A DNA stretch of 64,000 nt from positions 31,682,001-31,746,000 of the forward strand of contig OX597838.1 in assembly GCA_951406725.2 (NCBI GenBank). Reading direction: 5' to 3'. The notes under the pieces are model-generated. The model did not search any database. It had not been told where the DNA came from and saw only the letters and a program-made list of their open reading frames with translations. Both the position numbers and the translations under genes were made by a program. This document shows positions 39,458 to 52,090 of the stretch, in pieces (positions within the stretch are counted from its first letter, which is position 1; every line of letters begins with the position of its first letter). The DNA is from Octopus vulgaris. Lineage: Eukaryota.

Positions 39458-40494
39458 GTTTTCTATACTGAAAATAATCAAATTATATTTTAGATTTTTT
39501 ATGAAGGAGAACCTGGTAAAGCAATTCTGTTTCTAAGATCAAGATGTTAATAAATTTTGGATTTTGATTTTGGATTTAAGCTCTTTTCTATATACGGTTT
39601 CTGAAATATATTTTGTTAGGATAAACACTTCAATCTTTTACAAAATAATTTTTGTTTCATTTCATGTAATCTTCCATGTCACATTCACTTAAATTTTCTA
39701 TTCCAACAACACTTCAATCTCAAAGGGAGGGACAAGCATCTAACTGTGTTTATTTCTTTTAAAATCAGTGTTTGTTCAATTGCTAGAGATGTCCACTCTT
39801 TCAGTTTTTAACTTTGATGTACTTGAGGTTTTTGAAATGCTAAAGAAAATGTTCCTGAACTTTTGCCATTTTCCTGCTGGTTAAGCACTTTAAATATCCA
39901 TCATCATCATCATTTTACATGTTTTCCATATTGGCAGATTAATTTTATTGTACCAGAATCTTTCTTTCTCTCAGCTTATTTAACACAGTTGGATTGAGGC
40001 AACAATGGATCCTCTCTTACTACTAAATCAAAGATGTTCCTGATTTTCTTTTTTGGCATTTTTATAGTTTATTTCTTTTATATCCTTTTACCTTTTAACC
40101 TTTGCATAAAAACAACCTTTTTTTATTGTGTAAGTTTTGACTTGATTGCTTAACTTCTTTAATATGTAATATATATAAAAAATAAATCCATATGAACATA
40201 GTCTTTAAATCCAGACCATAACAGGTTAGGGTGTTAAAAGGTGACCTGATGATAGCCATTGGCTGTGCATGTTGTGTGGTGTTGTCAATCACTGTAGGAA
40301 ATATATGATTAGTCTAATTACAAATGGACATGTCAGAGTTGGTGGTATCTTAAATTGAGGAATCAAAAGCAAAGGTTTTGTGTACTGACTCCTACCTGAT
40401 TAACATCACCTAGTTGTAAACAGGTAGAGCAGAGGAAGCACTGTAAAATTGACGAGTGTTTTCTTTTTAAATTGTTGTTATTTTTATTATTAAT

Positions 40495-41140
40495 AGGGTG
40501 GCAAGATGGCAGAATTGTTAACATGCTGAATAAAATGTTGTTAAGCATTTTATCTGCCTTTATGTTCCAAACTCAAATTCTGCCAAGGTCAGATTTGCTT
40601 GTCATCTTTTCAGGGTCGATAGAATAAGTACCAGTTGAGTGTTTGGGGTCAATGTAATTGACCGCCCTCTCCTCCTGCAAAATGACTGGCCTTGTGCTAA
40701 AATCTAAAACCATTAATATTAATTAGGGGGCAGGTTGGTTGAATCATTACTGAACAAAATGAAAATGCTTAGCAGCATTTCATCTGCCTTCACATTTTAA
40801 GTTCAAATTCTGCCAAAGTCATCTTAGACTTCCATCCTTTCAGGGTTGATAAAATAAATACCAATTGAGCACCGGGGTCAATGTAATCCATGTAGCCCCT
40901 TCCCTAATATTGCTGGCCTTGTGCCAAAATTTGAAGCCAGCGAGCTGGCAGAACTGTTTGCATGCCGGGTGAAATACTTAGCAGTATTTTGTCTGTCTTT
41001 ATGTTCTGAGTTCAAATTCCACTGGGGACAACGTTTCCTTTCATTCTTTCAGGGTCGATAAAATAAGTACCAGTTGAATACTCAATGTAGTTGACTAACC
41101 CTCTCCCCCAAAATTTCAGGCCTTATGCCTATAGCAGAAA
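40495..41140 (+). mobile_element. Three head-to-tail older family B-related SINEs
   Basis: caaattctgcc...tcatc(c)tttcagggt(c/t)gata...taccag recurs at ~40575, ~40803 and ~41012. Confidence 0.7.
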
Positions 41141-41177
41141 TTATTATTATTAATATTATTATTATTATTATTATGAC

Positions 41178-41412
41178 CTACATTCATGGAGTGGTTGGTC
41201 TACACTCATGGAGTGGTTGGTCTACACTCATGGAGTGGTTGGCCTACACTCATGGAGTGGTTGGCGTTAGGAAGGGCATTCAGCCGTAGAAACATTGCCA
41301 GATCAGACTGGGCCTGGTGCAGCCTTCTGGCTTCCCAGACCCCAGTTGCACCGTCCAACCCATGCCAGCATGGAAAGCGGACGCTAAACGATAATGATAA
41401 TGATGATGATGA
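41178..41412 (+). mobile_element. RTE 3' end (family A) with a 4x22-bp repeat at its 5' junction
   Basis: (ctacactcatggagtggttggy)x4, then gttaggaagggcatt...ccatgccagcatggaaagcggacg and (GAT)n. Confidence 0.85.
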
Positions 41413-42475
41413 TTATTATTAGTATGTGTGTATGTAAGCGAGGATTTTTTTTTATTTTATCTAGTTTCAGCTCACGAGCTGTGGCCATGCTGGGGCACCG
41501 CCATTTGGTTGCAAAATTGTTCAAATTAAGGTGTTTTGTAGAATCTCTCTCACTAGCTTCACGTGGTCCTCATTAAAACAAAAAAAAAACAAAAAAAGAG
41601 GTTTTTTTTTCTTTTTTTTCGGTTGCTAAATGAATCAGATTGGGTTGCTTGATGTTATTTTAAAGACAGATGGAAGTAAGTGTGTCTCTATTTGAAAGAC
41701 ATTCAGGAGATTGTTGATAGAGATTTTGATGCTACATTGAGCAGGTCAAGCTACTGTGGTGTAGAAGCTTCCTCACAAGCTGTATAACAGCTAATCTGTT
41801 TTGTTTCGAAAAGAGAACAGTTTGTATTGCATTAAGAAGGTTTATTTATGTTAAGCAAGCAGCACTATGTCATCTTGTTAATGCATCAAAACTCTCTCTC
41901 TCCCGCCTTCTTCTCATCTGCCATTGTCTTCATGGAGATGATCATTGTTTTAAGACTGCCTCTCTAGATGGCGTTCGTTGTCTTTTGGCATGATGTGCAT
42001 GAGTGTGTGTGTGCGTGAGTGTGTGTGTGTGTGCATATTTGTGTGTGTGTGAAGAAGTGATTAGATTACGTAATGGTTTGGCTATTGATCACAGCTATCA
42101 ATAGAAGTGATATCTCTCCATCCATCTATCTATCTATCTGACTGATTGTAAAAGTTGGTTACACACTGGTTGTGTCTGTCTCTGCTAGAAGATGTCACAA
42201 ATTATTGGGAATTATTGCTCTGTCTATATGTGTGTGTGTGTGTGTGTTGGTGAGGAAGAGATTTCCTATTCGAGTGGATGGTGCTGGTGCTGGTGGTAGT
42301 GGTGGTGGTGGTGTAGTATGCTGTTTGAATTGCATTTTTTTTTCTCCCTTCTCCATTTTATAATATTCTATTTTAGTTTTGCAACAGTCTTTAGCTTATA
42401 TCTGAGACATGGTAGATATTAAAGGAAAATATCAAATCTCCCTCCTCCTACCTTAAATGTCTCTTTCCATCCATC

Positions 42476-42519
<44 letters not shown>

Positions 42520-42723
42520 ACTCCTCTCTCTCTTACTTTCATAATTTTTTTTTCACTCAGTCTCTCTCTATCTCTCTCTCTCTTCTCTCTCTCGCCACTA
42601 CATCTCCATCCTCTGCATTTCGTCTTCTTCCTCTTCTCCTCTTGCTCTCTTATATGTCTCTACCACTCTATCCATGCCCATCTTCCTCTTCCTCTATTTG
42701 GATCTGTCTCTTTCCTTTTATCT

Positions 42724-42758
<35 letters not shown>

Positions 42759-42821
42759 AGCACACACACACACTTTCTCTCTATCTCTGACATATTACAA
42801 TAATGCAGTGTATGTTTGCAG

Positions 42822-42926
42822 AAAATGTATATACATACACACTTAGATGCACACACATGCACATAAATATGCATCTACATATACATACATACATACGTAC
42901 ATACATACATACATATATATATATAC

Positions 42927-42976
<50 letters not shown>

Positions 42977-43026
42977 GTATATATATATGTATATATATGT
43001 ATATGTATATATATATGTATATGTAT

Positions 43027-43094
<68 letters not shown>

Positions 43095-43107
43095 GTATAT
43101 ATATATG

Positions 43108-43138
<31 letters not shown>

Positions 43139-43217
43139 GTATGTATGTATGTATGTATATGTAGATGCATATTTATGTGCATTTGTGTGCATCTAAGTGT
43201 GTATGTATATAAATTTT
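42822..43217. repeat. Fold-back inverted repeat around a TA-rich microsatellite
   Basis: ~75-bp arms (aaaatgtatatacatacacacttagatgcacac... / ...gtgtgcatctaagtgtgtatgtatataaatttt) with two visible mismatches. Confidence 0.9.
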
Positions 43218-43746
43218 ATATATATATATATATATATATATGAGATACATGTGTGTGTGTGTGTGTGTTTAAATCTATATCTATGTGTCTATAAAAGCTG
43301 ATTATTGACAGACCCATGAAATCTATTGACTCTCTTATTGTTGTTGTTGTTGTTATGATTGCATTATTAACAAGTAATGCAACCCTTTAATAGAAACACG
43401 CATTAATTACATTGTTATTATACATACATACACATGAAACGGCACAAGAGCAGTCAGGCTACAGCAACAATAAGAGCCATATCTACATCTGCTGTTGGCT
43501 GGCTGGCTGGTTGGTTGGTTTGTTGGTTGGTGTTAGTGTTATGCAGTTAGCCATACCACCACCACCACCACCACCACCACCACCACCACCACCACCATCT
43601 CCACTGCTGCTGCTGCTACTGTTACCAGCTACCATTATCACCATCACCTTATTCCACCGCACCATCTATCATATGTAATGTCACTGTACCACCACCTCTA
43701 TCTACAACCACTCCCTACCTGCCACCAGCCTCTGTAATAATACTAA

Positions 43747-43764
43747 CCCACCACCACCACCACC

Positions 43765-43829
<65 letters not shown>

Positions 43830-43869
43830 CACCACCACTGCCACTACCACCACCACCACCACCACCACC

Positions 43870-43925
<56 letters not shown>

Positions 43926-43980
43926 CACTACTGCCACCACCACCACCACCACCACTACTACTGCCACTACCACCACCATT
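43747..43980. repeat. (CAC)n/(TAC)n compound trinucleotide microsatellite
   Basis: Seen directly; explains the poly-Val ORF. Confidence 0.95.
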
Positions 43981-44318
43981 ATTACTGTGAGTACTAAAAT
44001 ACCACCACCACCACCACCACCAACAGTAATAGCAATTCTACACTGTGCTTCCCACCACCACCACCGCCACCACCACCAGTGTTAATGTTGTTATTGTTGT
44101 CTCTGCTGCTCTGACTTCATGTTCTGTCATGTTTAACACATGTGTGACCAAACGTGTGTATGTGTGTGTGTGTGTGTGTTCATAGGCCAACTGCTCCACC
44201 CCCTCTATCTGACCCCTGCTTGTCAGATGACCCTTTACATTTGTTGATTGTCATTCTTTTACCATCCATACCACCTTCTTACCTGCTTTCTTCCATTTAA
44301 TGCTGCTTCTGCTGGTAT

Positions 44319-44368
<50 letters not shown>

Positions 44369-44778
44369 ATAGGAGGAGGAGGAGCAGCAGCAGTGGTGGT
44401 GGTAAGTAGTATTGGTGCTGATAGCAGTAGCACTGGTGAGAGTGATGGTAGTGCTGGTGGTGGTGGTATTGGTCACTGGTAGTATTGGTGATGGTGGTGG
44501 TGGTGGTGGTGGTGTGATCAGAGGGATAAGTGACTTACAAAGAACAGAGAAAGACCACCACTACTTCTCCCATAAGTCACATTTACATCACTCACTCCTC
44601 TACTGGCATCAACACCACCACTGCATCAACTCTTCTTCTTCTTCTTCAGCACTCATACCACCACTACCACCACTACCATCACTATTTTCCTTCCCAGTGT
44701 TCTGTTATGTAAAGTTGCTCTATCTAATTGACACAGTTTGTAATCAAGTGGAAAGAAAAGTGACAGAATTAAATAATA

Positions 44779-44811
<33 letters not shown>

Positions 44812-44825
44812 CCATATAAGGCAAC

Positions 44826-45164
44826 AGTGATTTCTGCATATGCACCACAGTCAGGTCTAACATTCAAGCAAGAGCAGGACCGTGTGTCTGAGATACTTGT
44901 GCAGACTACTTCCATAACCTATAACAGCTGCTTTGTGGTCACAGTTAGATACTTAAGTTGGCAGTCTGGTCGACCGTCAGGATGGTTACTTGTGTGTACA
45001 CATGGATGGTATGACACACTATGGTACAAGGAAGGGAGAGATCAAGATCCCTGGGATTTGGTGACCTATATGGTCTAACCATTTGCAATTTAAAATTTTA
45101 GAAAGCCAATCAGCCACTGGGTTATCTGCCCTCAGGTGACCAGACAGACTTGATACTCACCAGG

Positions 45165-45195
<31 letters not shown>

Positions 45196-46780
45196 TTAGC
45201 ATCCGCTTTCCATGCTAGCATGGGTTGGACGGTTCAACTGGGGTCTGGGAAGCCAGAAGGCTGCATCAGGCCCAGTCTGATCTGGCAGTGTTTCTACGGC
45301 TGGATGCACTTCCTAACGCCAGCCACTCCATGAGTGTAGTGGGTGCTTTTTACGTGCCACCCGCACAGGTGCCAGACGGAGCTGGCAAACGGCCACGGAC
45401 GGATGGTGCTTTTTACGTGCCACCGGCACAGGGGCCAGGCGAGGCTGGCAACGGCCACGATCGGATGGTGCTTTTTTTAAATGTTTCCTCGATGAAGAAT
45501 GTACTGCACCACATAGACGAGTGATCAGTGATTTCAGGATAAGAGCTGGAAGGATGATTCATGGACAGAAGTAAAAAGAAGATACAAAACTGGAGAAGGA
45601 AGTTATGGAAGCTGAAAGATTCCTCTGTGGTCTGTTAGTTCAAAGAATTATTAGATAATGTCTATGATGAGAAGGAAGATAGAGTACCATGATGTCATGC
45701 AAACAACTTGCACATGCAAGTGCTACCAGTTAAAAGCTCCGTATACCGGAAGCTAGCAAGTGTATGGGGTCATCAGGAGAGGATGCGCACCGTTTCGGGG
45801 CCTACCTCTTGACAGCATCAATGCGCACCCCCCCCCCCCACTCATATGAGGCCCCGCTTGCTAGATCAGCTGGTTATGAAGAACTCAATATACTTCTAGC
45901 CATTGCTCATCGTCTCTTTTTAACCAAATCCAGTGGCTAGCCTTCTCCACTGTAGATAGAGTACCGTGATACAAAGGATAGCTTCAAGTTTCCATTAGAC
46001 AACCTGTTTGAAATCACAGGCAGGGTCTATAGATGTAGCTAACCTGAGGATGGTAAGTTGGTGGAATGGAATGGAATGGTATGGTAAATAGAGTTGCAAA
46101 AACCAAGAGGCAGGTCTGTAAAGGATGGGAGAAAGTGGTGGGAAAGAATCAAGGGACAATATCAGGTTGATAGAAGAGAAGCTAGATGTCAGGTAAAATT
46201 AGCAAAAAGTGAAGCTGAAAGTAAAAGGTTTACTAATGTTCCATGCTTTGAGGATCAGAGATTGTACTGGGTTAGTGACTGAGGTTGACAGCTATATGGT
46301 CATAAGGGCCATTGAGATATGAAAACAAGGAAAGCAGCAGGACCATTAGGAATAGTTTCCAAGATGCTGAAAATATACAGAGAGGTAGAACACACACTAG
46401 TTTAATATAGGGAGTTGTTTTCCTTGATGAGTGGCTTATCATCACCCTCCTCCTCATCATCATCAACTGTCAGAAAAGGAGAAACTACAGAGAATCAAGT
46501 TGATGGCCTAAGCTCTGAAAGTTGTTGAAAGAGTTAGATCCACTGATACCTACTTTTTAGTGAGACAACTACTCAGAGAAGTTCTTGACTAAGAGTAAAC
46601 CTTCACTGACCTGGAGGAGGCCTTTGATTGAGTGCCCTACCCTGTAGTCTTGTGATCATTAAGAAAACTTGGTGTTTGTGAATTTCTTATGAGGTATGTA
46701 AGCCATGTACAGGGATTTTGGTGGTATGGTGAGAGTTCAGCAATGTGTTCTGTGAAGGATTTAGTGTACAACTACTAAAT
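44826..46780 (+). pseudogene. Heavily decayed RTE LINE body (endonuclease and RT remnants) interrupted by younger insertions
   Basis: ISAYAPQSG (APE domain) at 44830 and FTDLEEAFD*VP...LRKLGV (RT domain) at ~46600. Confidence 0.7.
45168..45477 (-). mobile_element. RTE 3' end (family A), young, with ~60-bp internal tandem units
   Basis: (CAT)n tail; the ggtgctttttacgtgccacc...ggat unit is present about 2.2 times. Confidence 0.85.
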
Positions 46781-47635
46781 ATTACAAGTTGTGATCAATA
46801 GTATTACTGGATACAGTTTCCTTGTAAGCTGATTATTGATTCACTGCATTTCTGAAGGTGAGGATGGCAAGTGAGTATCTGTGACTTGATCCAGAACAAA
46901 CATCCCAAAGGACTTCATTTGAAGGCACAATTCTTTTCTATAATGTATGCATCCTTTATGGATATTAGACAATATATAAATTCCAATCACAAGGTATTGG
47001 TGAACTCCACCTAATATTTGGTAGAATATACTTGCTCAAGGTGCCAAGTTTATTTTACCCTATGTTTGTAGAGTGGAATTCTTAATGTCATGGCCATTCC
47101 TGCAAAATAGGTGTAACTTAATCATATAAATGAAACAAAATGGCAACATAAAGAGGTGACAGGAACAATTGTTTAGGCTTAATCGTGAGGAATTAGTCAG
47201 GCTTAATTAGATGGAAGTCTAGGTCAACCTGAAACAGAAAACCCATGATCAAAGACATTCCAACTGTGGCCATTTCAACATTTTTTTTCATCAAGTATAG
47301 TGGTGTTAGGCCTAATCTATCAAATGCATGTCCTTTTTATTTTAAATGTTAGGGTGCAATTTGAGGGAAATTTGGTTGCTATTTCTAGCATGGGTGGTAA
47401 CCATGAATATACTTCCTCTAAGGGTGATCATAATTTCAAGGTACCTCATCATTGATAACTGTGTACATATTAGATGCCATAAGATCATTATTGTAAATAC
47501 AATTGTAGGAACACCTTCTTTGTTACTTAATATGTTAGAAACAACAGCCAGAACTCCTTCAAACCATACCAAGACTTCTTCAAAAGAAAAAATGAAAAAC
47601 AAATGGAAAAGAATACGTTTTGGATAATGTCACCA

Positions 47636-47995
47636 CCATCATCATCATCATCATTTAGTGTCCGTTTTTCATGCTGGCATGGGTTAGATGATTTGCATGG
47701 GATTGGTAAGCTAGAGTGCTGTATCAGGCTCCAGTCTGATTTGGCTTGGTTTTTATGACTGGATGCCCTCCTAACACCAACCACTCCAAGAGTGTAGTGG
47801 GTGCTTTCTATGTGTCACTGGCATAGGTGCCTTTTATGTGTCACCAGCACCTCCACCCCCCAGACTGATTTCATTTGGCTTGATGTGTCTTCTCAAGCAC
47901 AGCAAATCACCAAATGCCTCGATTGCTTATCATTCCCGCAGTGAAGCTCAACATCCAAAGATCATGCTTCATCACTTCATCCCATGTCCTCCATG
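47636..47995 (-). mobile_element. RTE LINE 3' fragment (ORF end and UTR)
   Basis: Minus strand RTWDEVMKHDLWMLSFTAGMISNRGIW*FAVLEKTHQAK followed by the family A UTR. Confidence 0.8.
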
Positions 47996-49067
47996 TGATT
48001 CTGGATAAACTGTTTCAATAAAAGATGCGATGATCATGGCTGTAACATCTTTGATTATAGTTCTTCCCAACCAGTGCTGAACACCACCACCACCACCAAC
48101 AACAACAACAATAATGCATTGTGATTATGGTAGTTCCCAAACAGTAAAGCACTCTGTCAACACAATGTAACAAAACAGTGAAAGAGGGTGGTTAGTAATG
48201 GTGGGGTATTTTATGGTTAAGGTGTTTGGTTTGTAATCATAAGTGTTTGGATCAATTCCTCCAACTCTCCTTCCAGCTGTTACATCCCAGGTATTTTGCT
48301 GGCTCAAGGGTGAGGGACCCTAGAAGCTGTCTATGACTTCTCATATCACTACATAAGCACATAAAACAATTAGCAAAGGCAGGGTCCATTTTTACCAAGT
48401 TGCACTCCCTTTTCAGTGACAGCTGGCTATTCTGTAAGAACAGGTGGGCCTTCTTTGTTCTTTCTTTCTTTCTTTCACATTGCAGCCCATTGATTAAGCT
48501 TTGGTTATTTACTCAGACCCTTCTGTCAGCAAATAAAATATTCGTCTTTGTATGATGCTCTAATTCCTCATCTATTTGGAGCCTGTATCAGAACAGTCTT
48601 TATTTAGACATATGTTTTTAATTATCTTCTCATTTCTCTCTCAGTCCCCAGTGGTCAAATTTAGCATATAGTTTTGCCAAAAGTGACTGGTCGTCTCTAT
48701 TGGCAAAATTTAATCCAGAAGTGAAATTGTAGAATATCTGGTAACTTGATTTGGTTTGGTGACTGAGAAAGAATTTGATATTTCATGCATGCATTTGGGC
48801 CTCGGCTTCCAAGCAGAAGAATATATAGTAGTATTATTACCTAAGTCACCACCTTGCCATAGTATAGTGATATATAAGCAAGTAGTTTAGTTATATGTAA
48901 GTGGTAGTATATTTATAGCTTTATATCCATATTTATCTCTGTCTGTCTGTCTATGTAAGATAAAGTATGTTACAGAATTTAAATATGGTATTATATAGTA
49001 TGACTGTAATATGGTTATATAGTATAATTATAGTATAGTTTTATACTAAAATTATGGTATAGTTTTG

Positions 49068-52000
49068 TGTTGTAGTGAAAAGGGTGCTCCCCTTCCCATG
49101 TGACAAAGTGGTATGAACCAGCCACTATGTAAGTCAGTAGTAGCAGAGTCATTGTACGAGTTCTCAGTTGGAGTCAGTGTCAGTTATATGATATATATGA
49201 GTTCAAGTTACTGTCAAGGTAAACTTTTCAAAGTCATTGTTTTGCGGAGCTATCAGTGATAGCACAATAGATGTGTCAAAGATAAGACATGGAATACCAC
49301 CACAGTGTAATAGTGGTGACAAGAATATTACAGTGCCGACAATAACAATACAAGTGCATGAGGATCTACAATATAACAGTGGCAACAAGGATATAATTCT
49401 TGCAGTCCAAAAAAAAAAAAAAAATTTCTTTTTCATGAGAAAATAAACAATTCATGTGGAGAAATTAAAAACTTGATACAGGAGTAACAAACATTTTTGT
49501 TGCAGATATTTTACAAAAAATCTGTAAAATTATGGAAAACTTGTTGGAGGGTCTGGTTGAGTTGCAAAATCAGCGACAACAACAACTTAAAGAACAACAG
49601 CAAACATTACAACAACAAATGCTACAACTAATGAAGTTGGTTACAAAACCAGAAAATATATTTTTGCCAGATCAATTCGCAAATTCAATAAACGAATATA
49701 AATATGACCCAGAAGAAGGAGTCACCTTTGAGGCATATTACTGAAGATTTGAACAAATATTTTGAAAAAAAAATGTTAAGACTTGACGGATGAGAGAAAA
49801 ACGTGTCTAATTCTTAGGAAACTGGGGACAATAGAGCATGAAAAATACTGTAACTTTATACTCCCTAAAAAATTTTCTGACATAAATTTCATGGACACAA
49901 TTGATATTTTATGTAGGATGCTTAGTGAAAAAACATCATTGTTCAACACACATTGGAAAGCGTTTGAACATTGAGAGAAGTGATGACAAAGATTTTACCA
50001 CATATGCAGGTAGAGTGAACAGATAGTGTGAGAAATTTAAACTGGGTAAACTAACTCCAGACTCATTCAAGTGCCTAATTTTTGCTGAGGGACTTACTGC
50101 TAAAAATGATGCAGAAATCAGAATGAAAATTCTTGCATAGCTGGAAATGAACCAGGATATATCTCACCAGAAACTGTCAGAAGAGTGCAATATGATATTA
50201 AAAGTAAGACACAACACAGAAGACATCCAACACAGAGATTGTTTACAGATAAAACCAGTGTGAAAGAGTCGGAAGACAGATAAAGTGTTTCACAAGAAAC
50301 ACGACAAGCTACAGGAGATAAACCCATGTATGACATGCGGTAGTAGACACCTGAGAAAAGAGTATCCTTTCTAAAAAGCAAAGTGTTTTTGTTGTGGGAA
50401 CATAGGACACACATTAAATTGAACTGTAGAACTAAAGTGATGAAAAATTGAACCAAATGAGGAAAAATAAGTGGTTTGTCATCAGAGAAAAAAGTTTGTA
50501 CAACGAACAGAAAATTCATCAAGGTGAGAATCGAAGCCACTAATGTCAAAATGCAATTAGACAAGGGTAGTGACATCACTACGAAGAAGCATGGTGACGA
50601 ATCGGTAAGCTGAAATTATCTAAATCAAATAAAGTAGCATTATGGTGTTACAGGAAAGAAATTATATTTCATCAGCGAATATATTTGCAATCTAACTTTT
50701 CAAAGTGAAACGAAAAGGAAAATCATTTATGTATTGAAAAAAATCACAAAACCTATTAGGCACAGAATGCATGGGGTTATTTAGAATGTGGGATACCCCT
50801 ACTTGTGCTCTCTATGAAAATGTAGTCGGCATGGTCAGAAGTTCGAATGAGGTCAAACAACAGACAAAAAATTAAAAAATTGTTTCCAAATGTTTCTTCG
50901 GAAGGGTTAGGCTGTTGCACTAAAACAAAAGTGAGGATCATGGTAAAAGAAGAGACAACACCTGTTTTTAGGCCCAAACGGAATGTGCTTTGAGAAAAGC
51001 AAACAAGGAAGTCACAGATGAAGTTGCTCTGCAGCAACTCCTAAGGGTATATGGGGTGACACTGAACCCCAGTACACCAGCAGGAAGCTCACCAGTAGAA
51101 CTGATGTTTGCGAGGAAGGTGAAATCAGTTTTTGATAAACTGTTACCTGGCAAGGAAAGAAAAAGTACCAGAAAAGACAATCCAAAATTTTTCAAGACTG
51201 GTGATAAGATGTACATGAGGTTGTATAAAAAGAAAATAATACTGGGAAGAAAGAAAAATTGCAAAGTACATAGGAAAAATGATGTACGGAATTAAAAGCA
51301 GAAAAGGTATTGGAAAAGACACAGAAACCAATTAAAGAGATTTATAGAAAACTAGCAGTATCGCCTGGCGTTGCTCGGATTTGTAAGGGAAAAAACTATA
51401 TAAGCATTTTTAGAGAGTTACTTCCCTTATATAATAGCAAAAAATTGCATTAAAAATGGGAAAAAATTATGGTAAATTTTTTTTAAATCGTAGACTCATC
51501 GCAGACGCGCGCTAATACCCAGAAGGGCTCGATATGAATCACGGCTATAAGATACCCGCTTTTGGTTACACTGCACCGCAAAATGTGGGAGTAGTTACGA
51601 ATCTAAATCATAGGAGACAGACACACAACTTCACTTTTATATATAAAGATGAACCAGACAGATTGGAAGAGCCTATGGAATGGCTGTATAGCACATTACA
51701 GGTACCAACACCATTACAGGTGGTTGAACCCACGTGTACAAGTGGAAGAAAAAGGAAGAACACAAGTAGATGTCAAAAAGAAAAAAAGAATATTAAGTTG
51801 AAAAAAATCCCTTGAAATAAAATTACTTGCTTCCCAAAGAAAAAAAAAACACTAAAAGGGGAGATGTTGAGGTGAAAAGGGTACTGTCCTTCCCATACAA
51901 GTTCCCAGTTGGAGTCAGTGTCAGTTATAAAGACGTTTCAAAGTCATTGTCTTGCGGAGCTATCAGTAATAGAGCGATAGATGCTTCAAAGTTAATAAGA

Positions 52001-52090
52001 TGCTGAATACCACCACAACGTAACAGTGGTAACAAAAATATTACAGAGATGACAATAACGTTCAAGTGAATGAGGATCCACATTATAATA
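49068..52090 (+). mobile_element. Internally deleted, inactivated Ty3/Gypsy LTR retrotransposon
   Basis: 5' LTR 49068-49378 (TGT...ACA), PBS tggcaacaagg at 49380, gag remnants (YDPEEGVTFEAYY, LILRKLG...YCNFILPK), protease QLDKGSDIT, integrase end YGVTLNPSTPAGSSPVELMFARK, PPT aaaaggggaga at 51854-64 and 3' LTR 51865-52090. No RT/RNase H recognisable. Confidence 0.9.
51352..51649 (-). mobile_element. Non-autonomous Helitron inserted in the Gypsy integrase
   Basis: Same termini as 27135-27532. Removing it at A|T restores RHRNQLKRFIENEPDRLEEPMEWLY. Confidence 0.9.

Noticed and set aside
41178-41265. CRISPR-like short repeats (also 17311-17383 and 58001-58330)
   Set aside because: Contiguous tandem units without spacers in eukaryotic DNA; no cas genes.
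42781-43243. Long YI/TH-rich ORFs on both strands
   Set aside because: Translations of (TA)n/(TG)n microsatellite within a palindrome; no coding signal.
43743-43979. Poly-Val/Thr/His ORFs (also 11580-11990, 44251-44819, 57545-57921)
   Set aside because: Trinucleotide microsatellites stay open by composition.
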